From assembly GCA_951406725.2 (NCBI GenBank), contig OX597836.1, positions 12,028,001 through 12,092,000 on the forward strand: DNA of 64,000 bases. Direction: 5' to 3'. This document shows, in pieces, positions 38,726 through 52,639 of the stretch. The notes beneath the pieces are model-generated. The model saw only the letters and a program-made list of their open reading frames with translations, searched no databases and had not been told where the DNA came from. This DNA comes from Octopus vulgaris. Taxonomy: Eukaryota. A program made the position numbers and the translations under genes. The number at the start of each line of letters is the position of its first letter. Positions within the stretch are counted from its first letter, which is position 1.

Positions 38726-40108
38726 GTAACCGCAATCCTTTGTAGTTGTCACATTAATGGACGTTAAGACAATGTGTTGTCACAGCACATCATTGCGTTT
38801 GTAGACTCCTCAAATTCAGAGCTGATCTCTTTAGTCGTCATTGAAATGCATTGACAATCTCTGTTCTCTGCGCAGTCGTGTTCATGCATGAACAGACCGG
38901 CAAACGGTCTCGCACGTGCATGCACATGTACATACGCACACACACTCACATGCACATGCATGCACACATGCAAGCTTGCTCTGATATGTGCGCACATACA
39001 TACACAAATGCATATATGCGCATGCATGCGCAGTTTGGCTGTAACATGTCGCATGCAAAAATAGACATGCACTAATGTGCATATGCATACAAGCATATTG
39101 AGCTTCAGATGCATTCTTAAAAATCACACACACACACACACACACATTCAATACATACACACTGACTTGGTTTATATTTTTACATGTACACACACACGCA
39201 CACATTCATACATTCATACACACACACTGACTTGGTTTACATTTTTACATGTACACACACACACACAAAAACACACACACACACATTAATATATACACAC
39301 TGACTTGGTTTACATTTTTACATGTACACACACACACACACAAAAACACACACACACACACATTCATACATACAAGCATATTGAGCTTCAGATGCATACT
39401 TAAAAATCACACAAAAACACACACACACATTCATACATACACACTAGTTGGTTTATATTTTTACATGTACACACACAAACACACACACACACACACATGC
39501 ACTATACACATATGTGCATACATATGCACTGACTTGGCTTATCATTTTACATTTCACACACACACACAGCTTTGCTCTGTGTGTGTGTGTGTGTGATTTG
39601 CATGTTCTAATTGATTAATTTGCATATGTGCACATATGTGCAATATACACATGCAAAATACACCCAATTTGTTTGCGCAAGATGGATACAAACATGCACG
39701 ATACATGCCACACAAGATTTTGATTGCACAAGACAAATACATGTATGCATAAAAATATGCATACACACACACACCACACATGATTTATTTGTGCAAGACA
39801 CAGATATGCATGAATACAGACACACACACAGAGAGAGAAAATATTTGGTTTTTACAGATCAGGCCTAGTATGTTATGGTTTAACACCTTACATTCACATG
39901 TTCGTACACACATGCAATCACACACACAAACACACACACACACACACACGCATATAGAATCATACACAATTACACTCAGGAAATGATGCATACAGGCACA
40001 GAGCCACAGAAACACAGGCAATCTCTCCTCTATTAACAGGGTATTCTAACCACCCCAATTCCAAAGCTACGCTCTTCTGTATTGTAGTCATGTTTATGTT
40101 CTTACTTG

Positions 40109-40145
<37 letters not shown>

Positions 40146-40289
40146 AATGTATGTGTCAAAACAAGGACAGACGGACAGACAGAGAGACAGACAGACACAC
40201 ACAAACACACACGGCATTCTTTTTCCAGCTTTTGTTCACTAAATCTAGGGCTTTAGCAGATATAGGTGCTGAAGCGGCTGTGTGGTATG

Positions 40290-40437
40290 GGTGCAGGCAT
40301 GGCTGTGTGGTAAGAAGTTTGCTTCCCAAGCACATGGTCCCAGGTTCAGTCCCACTATAAGCCTTGGGCCAATCAAAGCCATGTGAGTAGATTTGGTAGA
40401 CGGAAACTGAAAGAAGCCTGTTGTGTATATCATCATC

Positions 40438-40473
<36 letters not shown>

Positions 40474-40638
40474 CTGTGTTTTCCCACCACTTGACAACCG
40501 GTGTTGGTTTGTTTATGTCACTATCTTGGTAGAGGCTTAAAAAATTATCACCAAGATAGATTTATTCGACTAAAGACTTGAGTCTGTGCCCCAGCATGGC
40601 CGCAGTCTATTGACTGAAACAAGTAAAAGAATAAAAGA

Positions 40639-40672
<34 letters not shown>

Positions 40673-41200
40673 CTTTGTGTCTGTATTTGTCGATTTCCTA
40701 CCACCACTTGCCAAACATTCTTGGCTTCTTTACGCCCCCATAACTTAGCAGTTTGGCAAAAGTTACTGATGGAGAAAGTAGCAGGATTAAGAAACAGAGA
40801 CAAATATAAGGGTTCGTCTGTGCAGCCAAAAGTCCTTCAAGATGGAGACCCAGCATGGCTGCTGTCCAATGACTGCAACAAGTAAAAGCTATATGTATAT
40901 TGTTTGTTGTTTCTTGAGCCATGCCTGGCTCATAAGGGCTGGTTTCTCGGTTTCCTTGGCGGATAGGTTCCTCACCTGGATGGGACGCCATCCGTCGCAG
41001 GTGGGATGCAAGATGCCGGAGGAAAGAGTGAGAGAAAGTTGTGGCGAAAGAGTCAGCAGAAGTTCACCATTACCTTCTGCTGGAGCCGCGGGGAGCTTAG
41101 GTGTTTCCCTCATAAACAAACACATCGCCCGGTCTGAGATTCGAACCCATGATCCCTCGACCACGAGTCCACTGCTCTAACCACTAAGCCATATGCCTCC
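40290..41200. mobile_element. SINE cluster: family A copies (+, 40290-40890) and a family C-related SINE (-, 40903-41200)
   Basis: Minus-strand head ggaggcatatggcttagtggttagagcag...gggttcgaatctc. Confidence 0.8.
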
Positions 41201-41958
41201 ATATGCATGTACATGGATGTATGTATGCCGTCTAAACAAACACACACACAGACACATATATGTACACACACTCTCATACGGATATGTATACATGCACACA
41301 TATGCAAACATACATTCACTCACAAATATCTACACACGCACACACACACACATATATATATACACGTGCGTGCAGTGGTATCTATATACACGCTATTATT
41401 GATTATATAGTTTTTATATGCTTTCATAGACTTGTCTATTTATTTATATCGCTGTTCGTTCATGCATGCTCCCTGATATGTGCATACGTAAACAATGAAT
41501 CAATAGTACTGCACACACATATGCACATACACTCATGCACATGTGCAGCCGTGCGCACCCATCACTTCAGGCAGAGTACTTGTGAATGAAATCTCTTTAT
41601 CTATGTAACCTCCCCTTCTCTCTTCCCTCCTGTCACTCTCCCTTCAACCCCCCCTCTCTCTCTCTCTCTCTCTCCTCGCTCCTCCTCCTCCTCTTATTCA
41701 CAGGTGGTTCCACTATGTGTTTTCATTCATAATTTTCTAGAGTACGTAGTATTATGTATACATTGATATGTATGTTGTGCGTAGACGATGCTCAAAATAT
41801 GAGTGTGTGTTTGTATGTATGTATGTATGTATGTATGTATGTATATCTATATACACACACATACATATGCATGTATCCTGACACTGTCTTTTTCTCACTT
41901 ATATACACTTTTATCTACCATCTGTTTGTCCTACATACACACATATATACACACAATT

Positions 41959-42001
<43 letters not shown>

Positions 42002-43117
42002 GCATTCAAGTTGACACAGGTGCACTCACTATTACACACTCTTGCATTACCATAAGTTTCCGTTTTTAAATACATACATACATACACACATAACACATAC
42101 ACACACACATATATTCATGCATGCACACACACATACATACCAGTTGTTGATGTTGAAATTTCAATGAAGGAGCGTTGGATCTAGGTTAGAAACTGGTTCT
42201 TTCTCTGTTGGTAAGAAATCTTGAAATAAACTGAATAATTACATACATACATACATACATATACACATACGTATCTTGTGTTAGAAACCAGGTCCTCCTT
42301 CCTGAGAGGGAAAAGAGGAAAATTAAAACCAAGAGAAAACACAAAGACTCATGATTTTGAGCTTGTTGCCCTAACCATTAAGCCATGCACCCTCACACAT
42401 ATATATGTGTGTGTGTGTGTATGTGTGTGTGTGTAATTGTGTCTAGGTTGTTCCCCACGCCCACTTGACAACTGGTGTTGGTGTGTTTACATCCTTGTAA
42501 CTTGGCCGTTCGGTGGAGAAAATTCAATAGATCAAGAACCAGAGAAAAAAATAGAGAAAAAAAAAAAGAAAAAAAATGTACTGTAGATGTTTCATTCGAC
42601 TAAAAGTTCTTCTCAACGTGGTGCCCCAGCATGGCCACAGTCTAATTGACTGAAACAAGTAAAAGATAAGAATCACACACACACACAAAAAAAAGAAGGA
42701 AATGAAAAAATAAAAATAAAATATGTGCTACACCTGAAAACCCCTTCTGAATACACCAATCAAACTACAGTGTGAAGAAATCACAGAAGATTCCATCCAA
42801 TCTTTACCATTCTCGTTTTCGAGTTGTTCTGTTGCTTCTATTACCTTTGCTACATTATTTCTGGTTCCTTTATTTATTTTTTCTTGCATTTTACCGTTTC
42901 TTCTTTCCTTAGAAATATTCTTCACTCAACATTTTTGCTGTCGCTTCTTTACGTTTTTGTTTTGTTTTGTTTTGTTTTGTTTGTTTGCTTTCTATAAATT
43001 TATTTCGTTTTATTTATTTATTATATTTTTGGTTGTTTTTTTTTTTTAAAGAAAATATTTTCAATATTCTATTATTGATTTATTTCCTTCCCAAATTCTT
43101 AAGCTTGGTAATTCCGT

Positions 43118-43164
<47 letters not shown>

Positions 43165-44630
43165 ATCTCTATTATCTATCTATCCATCTCTCTATCTATC
43201 CATCTTTCTATCTCTGTTTATCTTTGTTTTTCAGCATCTGTTTCTCTCTCTCCCGCTTTCTCTTTATTCCATATCTATATACCTCTCTCTCTGTATATCT
43301 ATCTGTCTGTCTGTCTATCTATCTCTGTCTCTCTCTAACTCTATTTATTTATCTCTGTCTCTCTCTCTCTCTCTATTTTCCCCTCTCTCACTTTACTCCA
43401 TGTCCCTGTTTATATATATCTCTCTCTTTTTCTCTCTAATCATCTATTTCTCTCTCTCTCTCTCTCTAATCATCTATTTCTCTCTCTCTCCCCCTTTGGC
43501 TTTTGATTCTCAATTCTTCCTTTTGTCTTTTAATTTCTTTCTTTTTTTATATCCTTCTTTAGTCTCTTTCATTCTTTTTCATTCGCTTATTTCATTTGTT
43601 CCTTTTTCTTCACTTTTATCCCTCATCACCATCATCACCAGCATCAACATCATCATCTAACCATCGCCATCATCTTCTTTCGCAATCATCATCATCATCG
43701 TCATTCACAATCTTCACCATCATCATCACCACCACCTCCATAATGTACCACCACCATAACCATCATCATCATCATCATCTTCACCACTACTATCATCATC
43801 ATCACCATCACCATCATCATCCTCCTCTTTCGCAATCATCATCATCATCATTCACAATCTTCATCATCATCATCATCTACATCATCACCATCATCCTCTT
43901 TCGCAATCATCATCATCTTCACCACTACTATCATCATCATCACCACCATCATCATCATCATCATCATCAACACCATCATCATCACCATCATTCACATTCT
44001 TCACCATAATCATCACCACCATCATCATCATCATCACCTACATCATCACCATCATCCTCTTTCGCAACCATCATCACCACCATCATAAACCATTTTCCAT
44101 AGTCATCATGATCGTCGTCGTCACCGTCGCAATTTTTGCTCTCCTTGCTCTCTCCATCCTCTTCTGCTTACTCTCCTTCCTCTTCATCCTGATCTTTTTG
44201 CCATTCTGCATAACCTTTTGCTCCTTTTCTCTCTCTCTCTCTCTCTTTTTTCTTTTCCTTTCTTCTTTACATTTTTACTTTTCGCATTTTTTTTTGTCTC
44301 TCCCCCCTCCTCCCCCTCTCTCTATTGTATTTGTCTTTGTATTTTTTTCGCTTTTTCGTTTCATTCTTCTAAAACAACGTGTGTTAGCATTTAAGCTGAT
44401 TTTCTGGAAGTCTTTGATAATCCAGCTACCTCGAAGCGTTACCACGTCACATGTTACTCCCTCTCATCCCCACCCACTGCCGCCCTTCCACTCCCTTTCT
44501 TCTCCTTTTTCTCTCTGTCGTTCTTCCCACTCACACACACACACACAGAGTCTCATACATGTACGCAGACACACTCCTACACGTTAACGTAAGCACGCAC
44601 ACATACATACAGATACACGCTTGTAGACAT

Positions 44631-44675
<45 letters not shown>

Positions 44676-46192
44676 TGTGCGCACAAGCATATGCACATAA
44701 TCATACATACACATGTGCACATACATAATTGTATACACACACACACACACACTCTTGCATACATATGTTCATACGTATTGTCATACATACACATTCATAC
44801 ACACACACATGCATACACACATACTCATACAAGTGCATGCACTCACGCATGCACATACACTCATATATACATACACACACGCTCAAACATGCTCTCACAT
44901 ACACATTCTCATACATGCGTATGGCCCCCACACACAGTCATACATACACATATTCATACACACACTCAAACACACATGCATACACAATTGTACGTACCTA
45001 CCCCCACACACGTACATACTCAGTCATGTGTACACGCACTTAAACGCAATCATACACACACACACACACATGCATGCATTTACTTCTACAGTCACATCCA
45101 CCCATGCTTACGCACATACATATACATACAGATACTTATACTTGCACTTGCTCCCACACATACACATACATTCACACACACACAAACACGCATACTCATG
45201 CAGGTACATCTACACACTTACGCACGCTCATGCCTCCACATATACACATGCATTCATACACACACACATACACACGCACATGCATGCACATACACATACA
45301 GTCACATCTGCACACACTTACGTACATACACATGCATACAGATAGTTATACATGCACTTGCCTCCAGACACACACACACACACACAAACGCAGCAATTTT
45401 AGCAAAAATTCTTCCCCGTGTTTCCAGCCAACATCCGACTGTCACGTCTGCTTTGCTTTTCTTCTGATTTCTTCGGATTAAATATTTGATTAGCTCAAAA
45501 CTCCGCACATACGAAACAGCCGTCACCTTTGTCATTCTGAGTGGCCTCCCTGGATTTCTGGTGCTCACAAAAAAATTTTAAAAAATAATAAAATTTAAAA
45601 AAAGCTAAAAAAGTCAGGGAAAAAAACCCCATGGGTGTGGCTGTGTGGTTGAAAAGCTTACTTTGCAAGATATGGCCTTGGTTCAAACCCACTGTGCGGC
45701 ACCTTGTGCAAGTGGTTTTTTATAATAGCCATGGGTTGACCAATTCGGTAAATTGAAACTAAGGAATCCCATCGGGCGTGGCTGTGTGGCTAGAGGTTCA
45801 CTGCTTACCACACAGCCACTCCTGCTCCTATATATACATATATATACATATATACACACACACACACATATATATATATATATTTATATATATGTCTATA
45901 TATCTACATTCTCTATAATGTTGCCACTTGATATGAAAATGTTTGTATTAATGGAAAACCTCTATAATTGGCTGATGAGTACTTAGCATTTTAAAACTGT
46001 TGTATAACTTACAACATTTAATAAAATGATGTAGTATGAAACGATCGTACCAAATTACCGGAGTCATTCTTGTTGCTTATTTTGATTATAATCACCCCAC
46101 GGATTTTTATGGATAACACCATACAGAATTCTAGTGCATCTAAATTAAGTACCATATTCATTTGAATCTAAATTTTTGCTGAACTTATATAT

Positions 46193-46227
<35 letters not shown>

Positions 46228-46837
46228 GGTTGTTTAACATCGATGTATACACGTATTTGGTGGCCAGCTTTTAAGTACCTTTGAGATTTACCAGTTCACT
46301 CCGTTCAGGAAATTCTTTGGAAGTGTCTGGTACAATAGTTGTTAGTTGAAGTGATCAACAGCACATCAGAAGGGTAATCAGGTTCCGCTAATAGCTCTTC
46401 AATCACTAGCTGTTCCAACCTAGTGGACATAGCAACAGCAGCAGCAGCAGCTGTAGTAGTAGTAGTCGTAGTAGTCAAGTTTGATTGAGCACACTTAAAG
46501 ATCAAAAGCAATCCAGCTGTTGACCATCCCTTCCTTTATTGAAGTTATCATCGTATCACTACATTACCTGATGTGTCCGTTTGCTTTTTTGTGTTTTTTT
46601 GGTGTGTGTGTGTAATGTTTCCATGGAAACGTGATTTGAAGGCAAGAGAAAGAGAGAAAGATTTGGCTGTTGTTTCTTGCAGATCAAGGAACCATGTAGA
46701 AACTGCACTATTGGGTTTGGAGGATTAGTGTAATCTTAATGTTACTTGTTCTTATTTTTGTGTTTTATCAAGTGACATGTGAGGGGAAACAGAAACTCTG
46801 TGTTTATATATGTGTATATATGCCCGTGTGTTGTGTG

Positions 46838-46870
<33 letters not shown>

Positions 46871-46924
46871 TTATGTATGTGTGTGTATATATATATATAT
46901 GTGTGTGTGTGTATTCTCTTGGTA

Positions 46925-47525
46925 TTCTCTTTATTCGAACTGATTGACCCGGGACTTATTCTTTGTAAGCCTAGTACTTATTCTATCGGTCACTTTTGGC
47001 AAACCGCTAAGTTACGGGGATGTAAACACACCAAGCGATGGTGGGGGGACAAACACAGACACACAAATACACATATATATTGGGTTGGTGCATAATTATT
47101 TCAGTTTCTTTTTTCAACAAATTTTATTCAGCAAAAACAATAACATGTAATAAAAACATCTTTAAATGATTATTCTGGAGCATATTCACCATCTACTTCA
47201 ATTACTGCTTACCATTTGCTTGGCAGACGGTCAAAACCGTCATTTAAAGATGTTTTTGTTAAATATTGTTATTGTTTTTGTTGAATAAAATTTGTTAAAA
47301 AAAAAAGGCTGCAATAATTATACACCAGCCCAATATACGAATATATATATATAGTTGTATACAATGGGCTTCTTTTAGTTTCCATCTACCAATTCCACTC
47401 ACAAGGTTTTGGTCGGCCTGGGGCTATAGTAGAAGACACTTGCCCAAGTTGCCATGCAGTGGAACTGAACCCGGAACCATGTGGTTGGGAAGCAAGCTTC
47501 ATATCACATGGCCACTCCTGCACCT
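46925..47525 (-). mobile_element. SINE family A split by a mariner MITE
   Basis: 3' half at 46925-47075 and 5' half at 47360-47525. Confidence 0.85.
47080..47333. mobile_element. Mariner-derived foldback MITE with about 90-bp inverted arms and TA TSD
   Basis: TA|ttgggttggtgcataattatt ... aataattatacaccagcccaa|TA; the internal minus strand translates GFDRLPSKW*AVIEVDGEYAPE* (mariner transposase C-terminus). Confidence 0.85.
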
Positions 47526-47562
47526 AATATGTATATTCATACGTTTGTATATGTCTATGTGT

Positions 47563-47607
<45 letters not shown>

Positions 47608-47949
47608 AGGAGGTAGCGAGGGCGGTGGAGTAAGCCGTAGAAAGTTGCAAGCAATTTAAACTCTCTCTAAACAACTCGATTACACTTGTTGTTGTTGTTT
47701 TTAGTCTTTTGTTTTCAATTTTTCCATTATTTTTCTAATTTTTGTTGCTGTTCTAAAAGAGCAATATTTCTTTTTACATCACAATTATCTTCTTTTGTAT
47801 TCATCTTCTTAGTTTTTGTTATTTAATGTTTTATATATCTATTTATTCATATTTTCACATATATACATCCATATATAGATATCTGTTTTTACATATACAC
47901 ACTTATATATATATGTTTATTTATTTTCATAATTTTATGTATCTACGTC

Positions 47950-47997
47950 TGTTCATAATTCTTTTCTTTTCTTTTTTTTATCTCTTTTTAGGTGAGT
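47950..47997 (+). other. Candidate recursive splice site (branch point, polypyrimidine tract, TAG|GTGAGT)
   Basis: ttcataattcttttcttttcttttttttatctctttttAG|GTGAGT; no AG for about 110 nt upstream. Confidence 0.5.
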
Positions 47998-48212
47998 TCA
48001 CGTTATTACATCTCTTCTTTATTCACTCTTACAACCTCGACTCCAACCACGACGACCACCACCAACAGCAACAACATTTACACCCACCACACCACCTCTT
48101 TTATTATCATACCGTGACCGGAAAATTGGATTTCTGCCGTTCTGTCTTGTTCTGCTCCCATGATGCAATTTTACCAAAGAAAAACAAAAAAAAAGAATTC
48201 CATATATTATTA

Positions 48213-48244
<32 letters not shown>

Positions 48245-48722
48245 GTGTTTTTTTGTTTAATTTTATTGTTCCAATATGGTGAGCTTCGGTGAGTTATAAA
48301 TGAATATTTTTCTGAGGGTTCCTCGGTGCATTTCGCATTTTGCATTCCGCATCACCGAGATCTTCATACAGATTCTCTTTCCCCTGCTTCTCGGAATATC
48401 TGGCCTGGTCGGGGGGGCACCGGGTTGCAGGATAATGATTTCTTGATTAGGCATGAAGTTTTTGGTGCTATAAAGGGGTTAAGTAAAGAAAAAAAGAAAA
48501 AAGTAAAAAAATGAATAAAAAAACGGAGAAAGAAACACACACGATAAAAACGTATACAAAGGGTAATTAATGAAGAATTAGATATTAGCATGGTCCTTTA
48601 GTGCTTTCTTAAGGGCATTAACCGAAAACTAACCAACTATATAGCAATAATTTGTGAGATAACTACTTCTTTTGATTGGTTGTTTGTTGTACGAATAGAA
48701 TAACGGTCTGTGTTGAAACGTC

Positions 48723-49120
48723 ACTCTCTTTTACTCTTCTACTTGTTTCAGTCATTTGACTGTGGCCATGCTGGAGCACCGCCTTTAGTCGAGCACATCG
48801 ACCCCCAGGACTTATTCTTTGTAAGCCCAGTACTTATTCTGTCGGTCTCTTTTGCCGAACCGCTATGTTATGAGGATGTAAACACACCATCATCGTTTGT
48901 CAAGCGATGTTGGGGGGACAAACACAGACACACATACATATACACACATACACATACGACGGGCTTCTTTCAGTTTCCGTCTACCAAATCCACCCACAAG
49001 GCTTTGGTTGGCCCGAGGCTGTAGTAGAAGACACTTGCCCAAGGTGCCACACGGTGGAACTGAACCCGGAACCATGTGGTTGGGAAACAAGCTTATTACC
49101 ACACAGCCACTCCTATGCCT
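48723..49120 (-). mobile_element. SINE family A, full-length
   Basis: Reverse complement of the reference copy. Confidence 0.92.
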
Positions 49121-49559
49121 ACTCGTTGTTAATGATATTATAACAGATTTTTTAGTTTGGTCGTTTTACACCGAAAGTTCTGTTAGTGGTGATGGTGGTT
49201 TCGGGGTGTGTTAATAATAATGGTAATAGTAATAAAATACTGATCATGCTAACTGGAATGATGCTTCTCGGTCATGTGGTCTCAAGTTCAATCCTGATCT
49301 GCAGCACCTTGGGGTTAAGTGCGTTCTGCCATAGACCTGGCCTGACAAAAAGTCTTGTGTCTGGATTTATTTGGGGGATAGAAACTGAAAGAAGGTCATC
49401 GTGGATTCTTCTTTGTTCTTCTATTTGTTGCAGTCAGTTGACTATGTTTAGTTTTCGTATTTCATGTTGTTTACTGTTGGTGATGTCCTGTACCCATATA
49501 TGCACATATATATATATTATTTATATTATTATTATGTGATTGAACGCCATGCACCGATT

Positions 49560-50520
49560 TCCAATTTATTCAGTACAATCACATTGGCTTCAACCACGGC
49601 CTCCAGACGACTTCGGAATCTCCTGCAACTCTTCTGGATGGTCTTCTTGTTTATGTTGGTGAATGCTGCCATAATCCTTGCCTTCAGTTCATCTTTGGTG
49701 TTCCAAGGAGTTTTGTTGATCTCTTGTTCAATTGAACCCCATACATAATAATCAAGGGGATAGCAGTCTGGGGAGTTAGGTGACCAGTTGTTAGGGGTTA
49801 TGTGCTCATAGAAATTGTCAGGGTTCTCCTACATGTGTGGCATGGTGTAGAGTCCTGTTGTCAGACACAGGGTGTTCCTGCAGCCACCTTCTTGACTTAG
49901 GGCAGCACAACCTCTTCCAGGCACTTGATGTAGGCCTCCATGTTGAGTGTGAGGCCATGTGGGAAGATGAATGGAGGCATAACGTCTCAATCAATAGTGA
50001 TTACTCCAAAACACCATGATGTTGACTGGATGTTTGATTTTTATCACTCTTGGTACATGTCCTTATTTGAGCTTCCAGTGCGAATGCCAAGCAGTGCGGC
50101 ATGTCGTTTCCAAATTTCTGGCCGAGTGAATTGCGTCATAGTGCTGTTTTTCTTGTAGAGGTGCCCAACTGTGCCTACTATACTGTGCAGTCAACAAAAT
50201 AAAAAAATAAACATTGCACATGCATGAAATAAAAAATACAATAAAATGGCAACAATTTACCTATTTCTTTATTATCCACAAGGGGCTAAACACAGAGGGG
50301 ACAAACAAGGACAGACATAGGTATTAAGTCGATTACATCGACCCCAGTGCGTAACTGGTACTTAATTTATCGACCCTGAAAGGATGAAAGGCAAAGTCGA
50401 CCTCGGCGGAATTTGAACTCACAACGTAACGCAGACGAAATACTGCTAAGCATTTCACCCGGCGTGCTAACGTTTCTGCCAGCTTGCCGCCTTGGCAACA
50501 ATTTACCATCACATCCTGTA
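49560..50520 (-). mobile_element. Decayed Tc1/mariner-superfamily transposon (maT/DD37D-like transposase pseudogene), internally deleted
   Basis: Minus strand KHPVNIMV..VMPPFIFPHGLTLNMEAYIKCLEEVVLP*VKKVAAGTPCV*QQDSTPCHT / DNFYEHITPNNWSPNSPDCYPLDYYVWG...RFRSRLEAVVEAN with stops and a frameshift; terminus TA|caggatg at 50520. Confidence 0.85.
50262..50492 (-). mobile_element. SINE family B (tail-A) full-length with a 15-bp target-site duplication
   Basis: tggcaacaatttacc at 50247-50261 and 50493-50507. Confidence 0.92.
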
Positions 50521-50544
50521 CATGTGTGTGTGTGTGTGTCAATT

Positions 50545-50828
50545 AAATTGACCCCAGTATGTGACTGGTACTTAATTTATCGACCCCTGAAGGGATGAAA
50601 GGCAAAGTCGACCTCGGTGGAATTTGAACTCAGAACATAACGGCAGACAAAATACCTATTTCTTTTATTGCCCACAAGGGGCTAAACACAGAGAGGACAA
50701 ACAAGGACAGACATAGGTATTAAGTCGATTACATCGACCCCAGTTCGTAACTGGTACTTAATTTATCGACCCCGAAAGGATGAAAAGCAAAATACCGCTA
50801 AGCATTTCACCTGGGGTGCTAACGTTTC
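50545..50828 (-). mobile_element. SINE family B dimer with the same head-less junction as 22490-23205
   Basis: aaatacc|tatttcttt at about 50650-50665. Confidence 0.85.
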
Positions 50829-51518
50829 TCATTGCTTTGTCATAAAAGTATATTGTGCATAACCATGCCGGTCATGTAAAGTGCTCGGACGCATGTGCCC
50901 GCACGCATGCATGCACACACAGCCGGTCATGTAAAACACTTGCGCGCATGCGCACACGCCCACATACATACATATACACACACACACACACACATGCGGA
51001 GAAGTCTTTAAATAAACAAGCCAACCATGTGAAATATTAGTAGCTCCCCCACCCCACCCCACCAACCTAGTATTTTGCTGAACTAAATAACCTACGGTGG
51101 AATGACTTGGAGCTTTAAGTACCTCTGTTAATATTTGTGGTAGCGGTGGTGGTGGTGGCGGTGGTAAATGGGTGGTGTTGTGGGGGCTGGTTTAGGGGTG
51201 GTCGTGGTGTTGATGGTGGAGAAGGAGGTGGTGTAGTGATTGGTGGTGGTGTGGAGAGAGGGTGGTGTCGGGGGCGGGTGGGCTGATTTGGTGGTGGTGG
51301 TGGTGGTGGTGGTACTTTTATGAAGGTGAAGAGGTGCGTTATGATTGTGTTATGGTGGTCATAGGGGATGAAAGGAGAGGGGATGGTGGTGGTGTGTTGG
51401 TAGTAGTGTTAGTTGTAGTGGTAGCAATGTTGGTGACAGTGGTGGTGGTGGTGGTGTTGTTGGTGGTAGTGGTGGTGTCGATGGTGGTAGTATTGTTGTT
51501 GGTGGTGGTGGTGGTAGT

Positions 51519-51564
<46 letters not shown>

Positions 51565-51890
51565 TTGCCAGTGGTGGTGGTGGTGATGGCAAATGGAGAT
51601 TAGAATGATAAGACGCCACCCTGTGCTACTTGAAAGACTCTAAGAAAGCTCTTTTTGGGAAGGAAGCAATTTTAGGGGGAGCCTAGGAGTGTTGCGTGGT
51701 GGTGGTCGTGGTGGGGGTCACAGATCTGATAGTTGATATCTAATCTAACTGAAGTTGAGAGTATCAGTGACTGACTGACTGGATAAGGGTTGGGCTGGGA
51801 AATCCCTTCTGATTACCTTATCACTTATTTATACCTTGCCTGTATCCTACACATGCAAACACACACATACACCTATATGTAATTACTGAT

Positions 51891-52038
51891 TACAAGGGGG
51901 TACTGAAAAGTTCTTTGCTTTAAGGGTATGGTGAAAGGCCTGGCTGGAGGCCCAGCCTTCCAGGTTCTTTTACAGGGTTTAGGGAAACTGAAGGCCTGCT
52001 GTAATAAGTGTGTGAATCTGGGGAAGGAATATGTTGAA
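51891..52038 (+). mobile_element. Mariner-derived MITE fragment
   Basis: TA|caagggggtactgaaaagttc terminus; KLKACCNKCVNLGKEYVE mariner-like C-terminus. Confidence 0.65.
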
Positions 52039-52139
52039 GTACCAGTTATGCACTGGGGGTGATATAATCAACTTAATTCATTTGTTTGTCCTCTCTGTGT
52101 TTAGCCCCTTGTGGGTAGTAAAAAATATATATATATATT

Positions 52140-52345
52140 ATTTGTATATCTAGTACTTATTGTATCAGTCACTTTTGCCAAACTGATAAGTTACGGGGGT
52201 TCTGTCTAACAGATCTACTCACAAGGCTTTGGTCGGCCCAAGGCTATAGCAAAAGACACTTGCCCAAGGTGCCACGCAGTGGGACTGAACCTGGAACCAT
52301 GTGGTTGGGAAGCAAGCTTCTTACCACACAGCCACACCTGTGCCT
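52140..52345 (-). mobile_element. SINE family A partial
   Basis: Head and part of the body. Confidence 0.85.
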
Positions 52346-52639
52346 GATGTTCACATTGTGTGTATATATGTATGTGTGTGCGTGCATGTGAGTGTACGTG
52401 TGTATGTCTTTCTGTTAACAACACCACTGTTGCTGACTGGTCTTTGTTTTCTGTGAGGGTGATGGAGTCTCTGGAATGTGACCTCTGTTATGGCCTGAGA
52501 GTCAACATGGAAGCTGTGGATGCCTTATATAACATTGTATCTTCTCTAATGCAAGACTCCCTTTTTCTGTCCCTCTGTCATACTTTAGCCCCTTGTTACT
52601 AGGTAGAAAGCCACCTCTCTCGATATTATACGCCTCTCA

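Noticed and set aside
42150-42203. Degenerate hammerhead-like Penelope end (caatgaagg...agaaactggtt)
   Set aside because: The core CUGA is lost and the stems are mismatched; at most a decayed relic.
48322-48359. miR-33-like precursor (gtgcatt...)
   Set aside because: Only a 7-bp stem; the interior does not pair and the mature sequence does not match.
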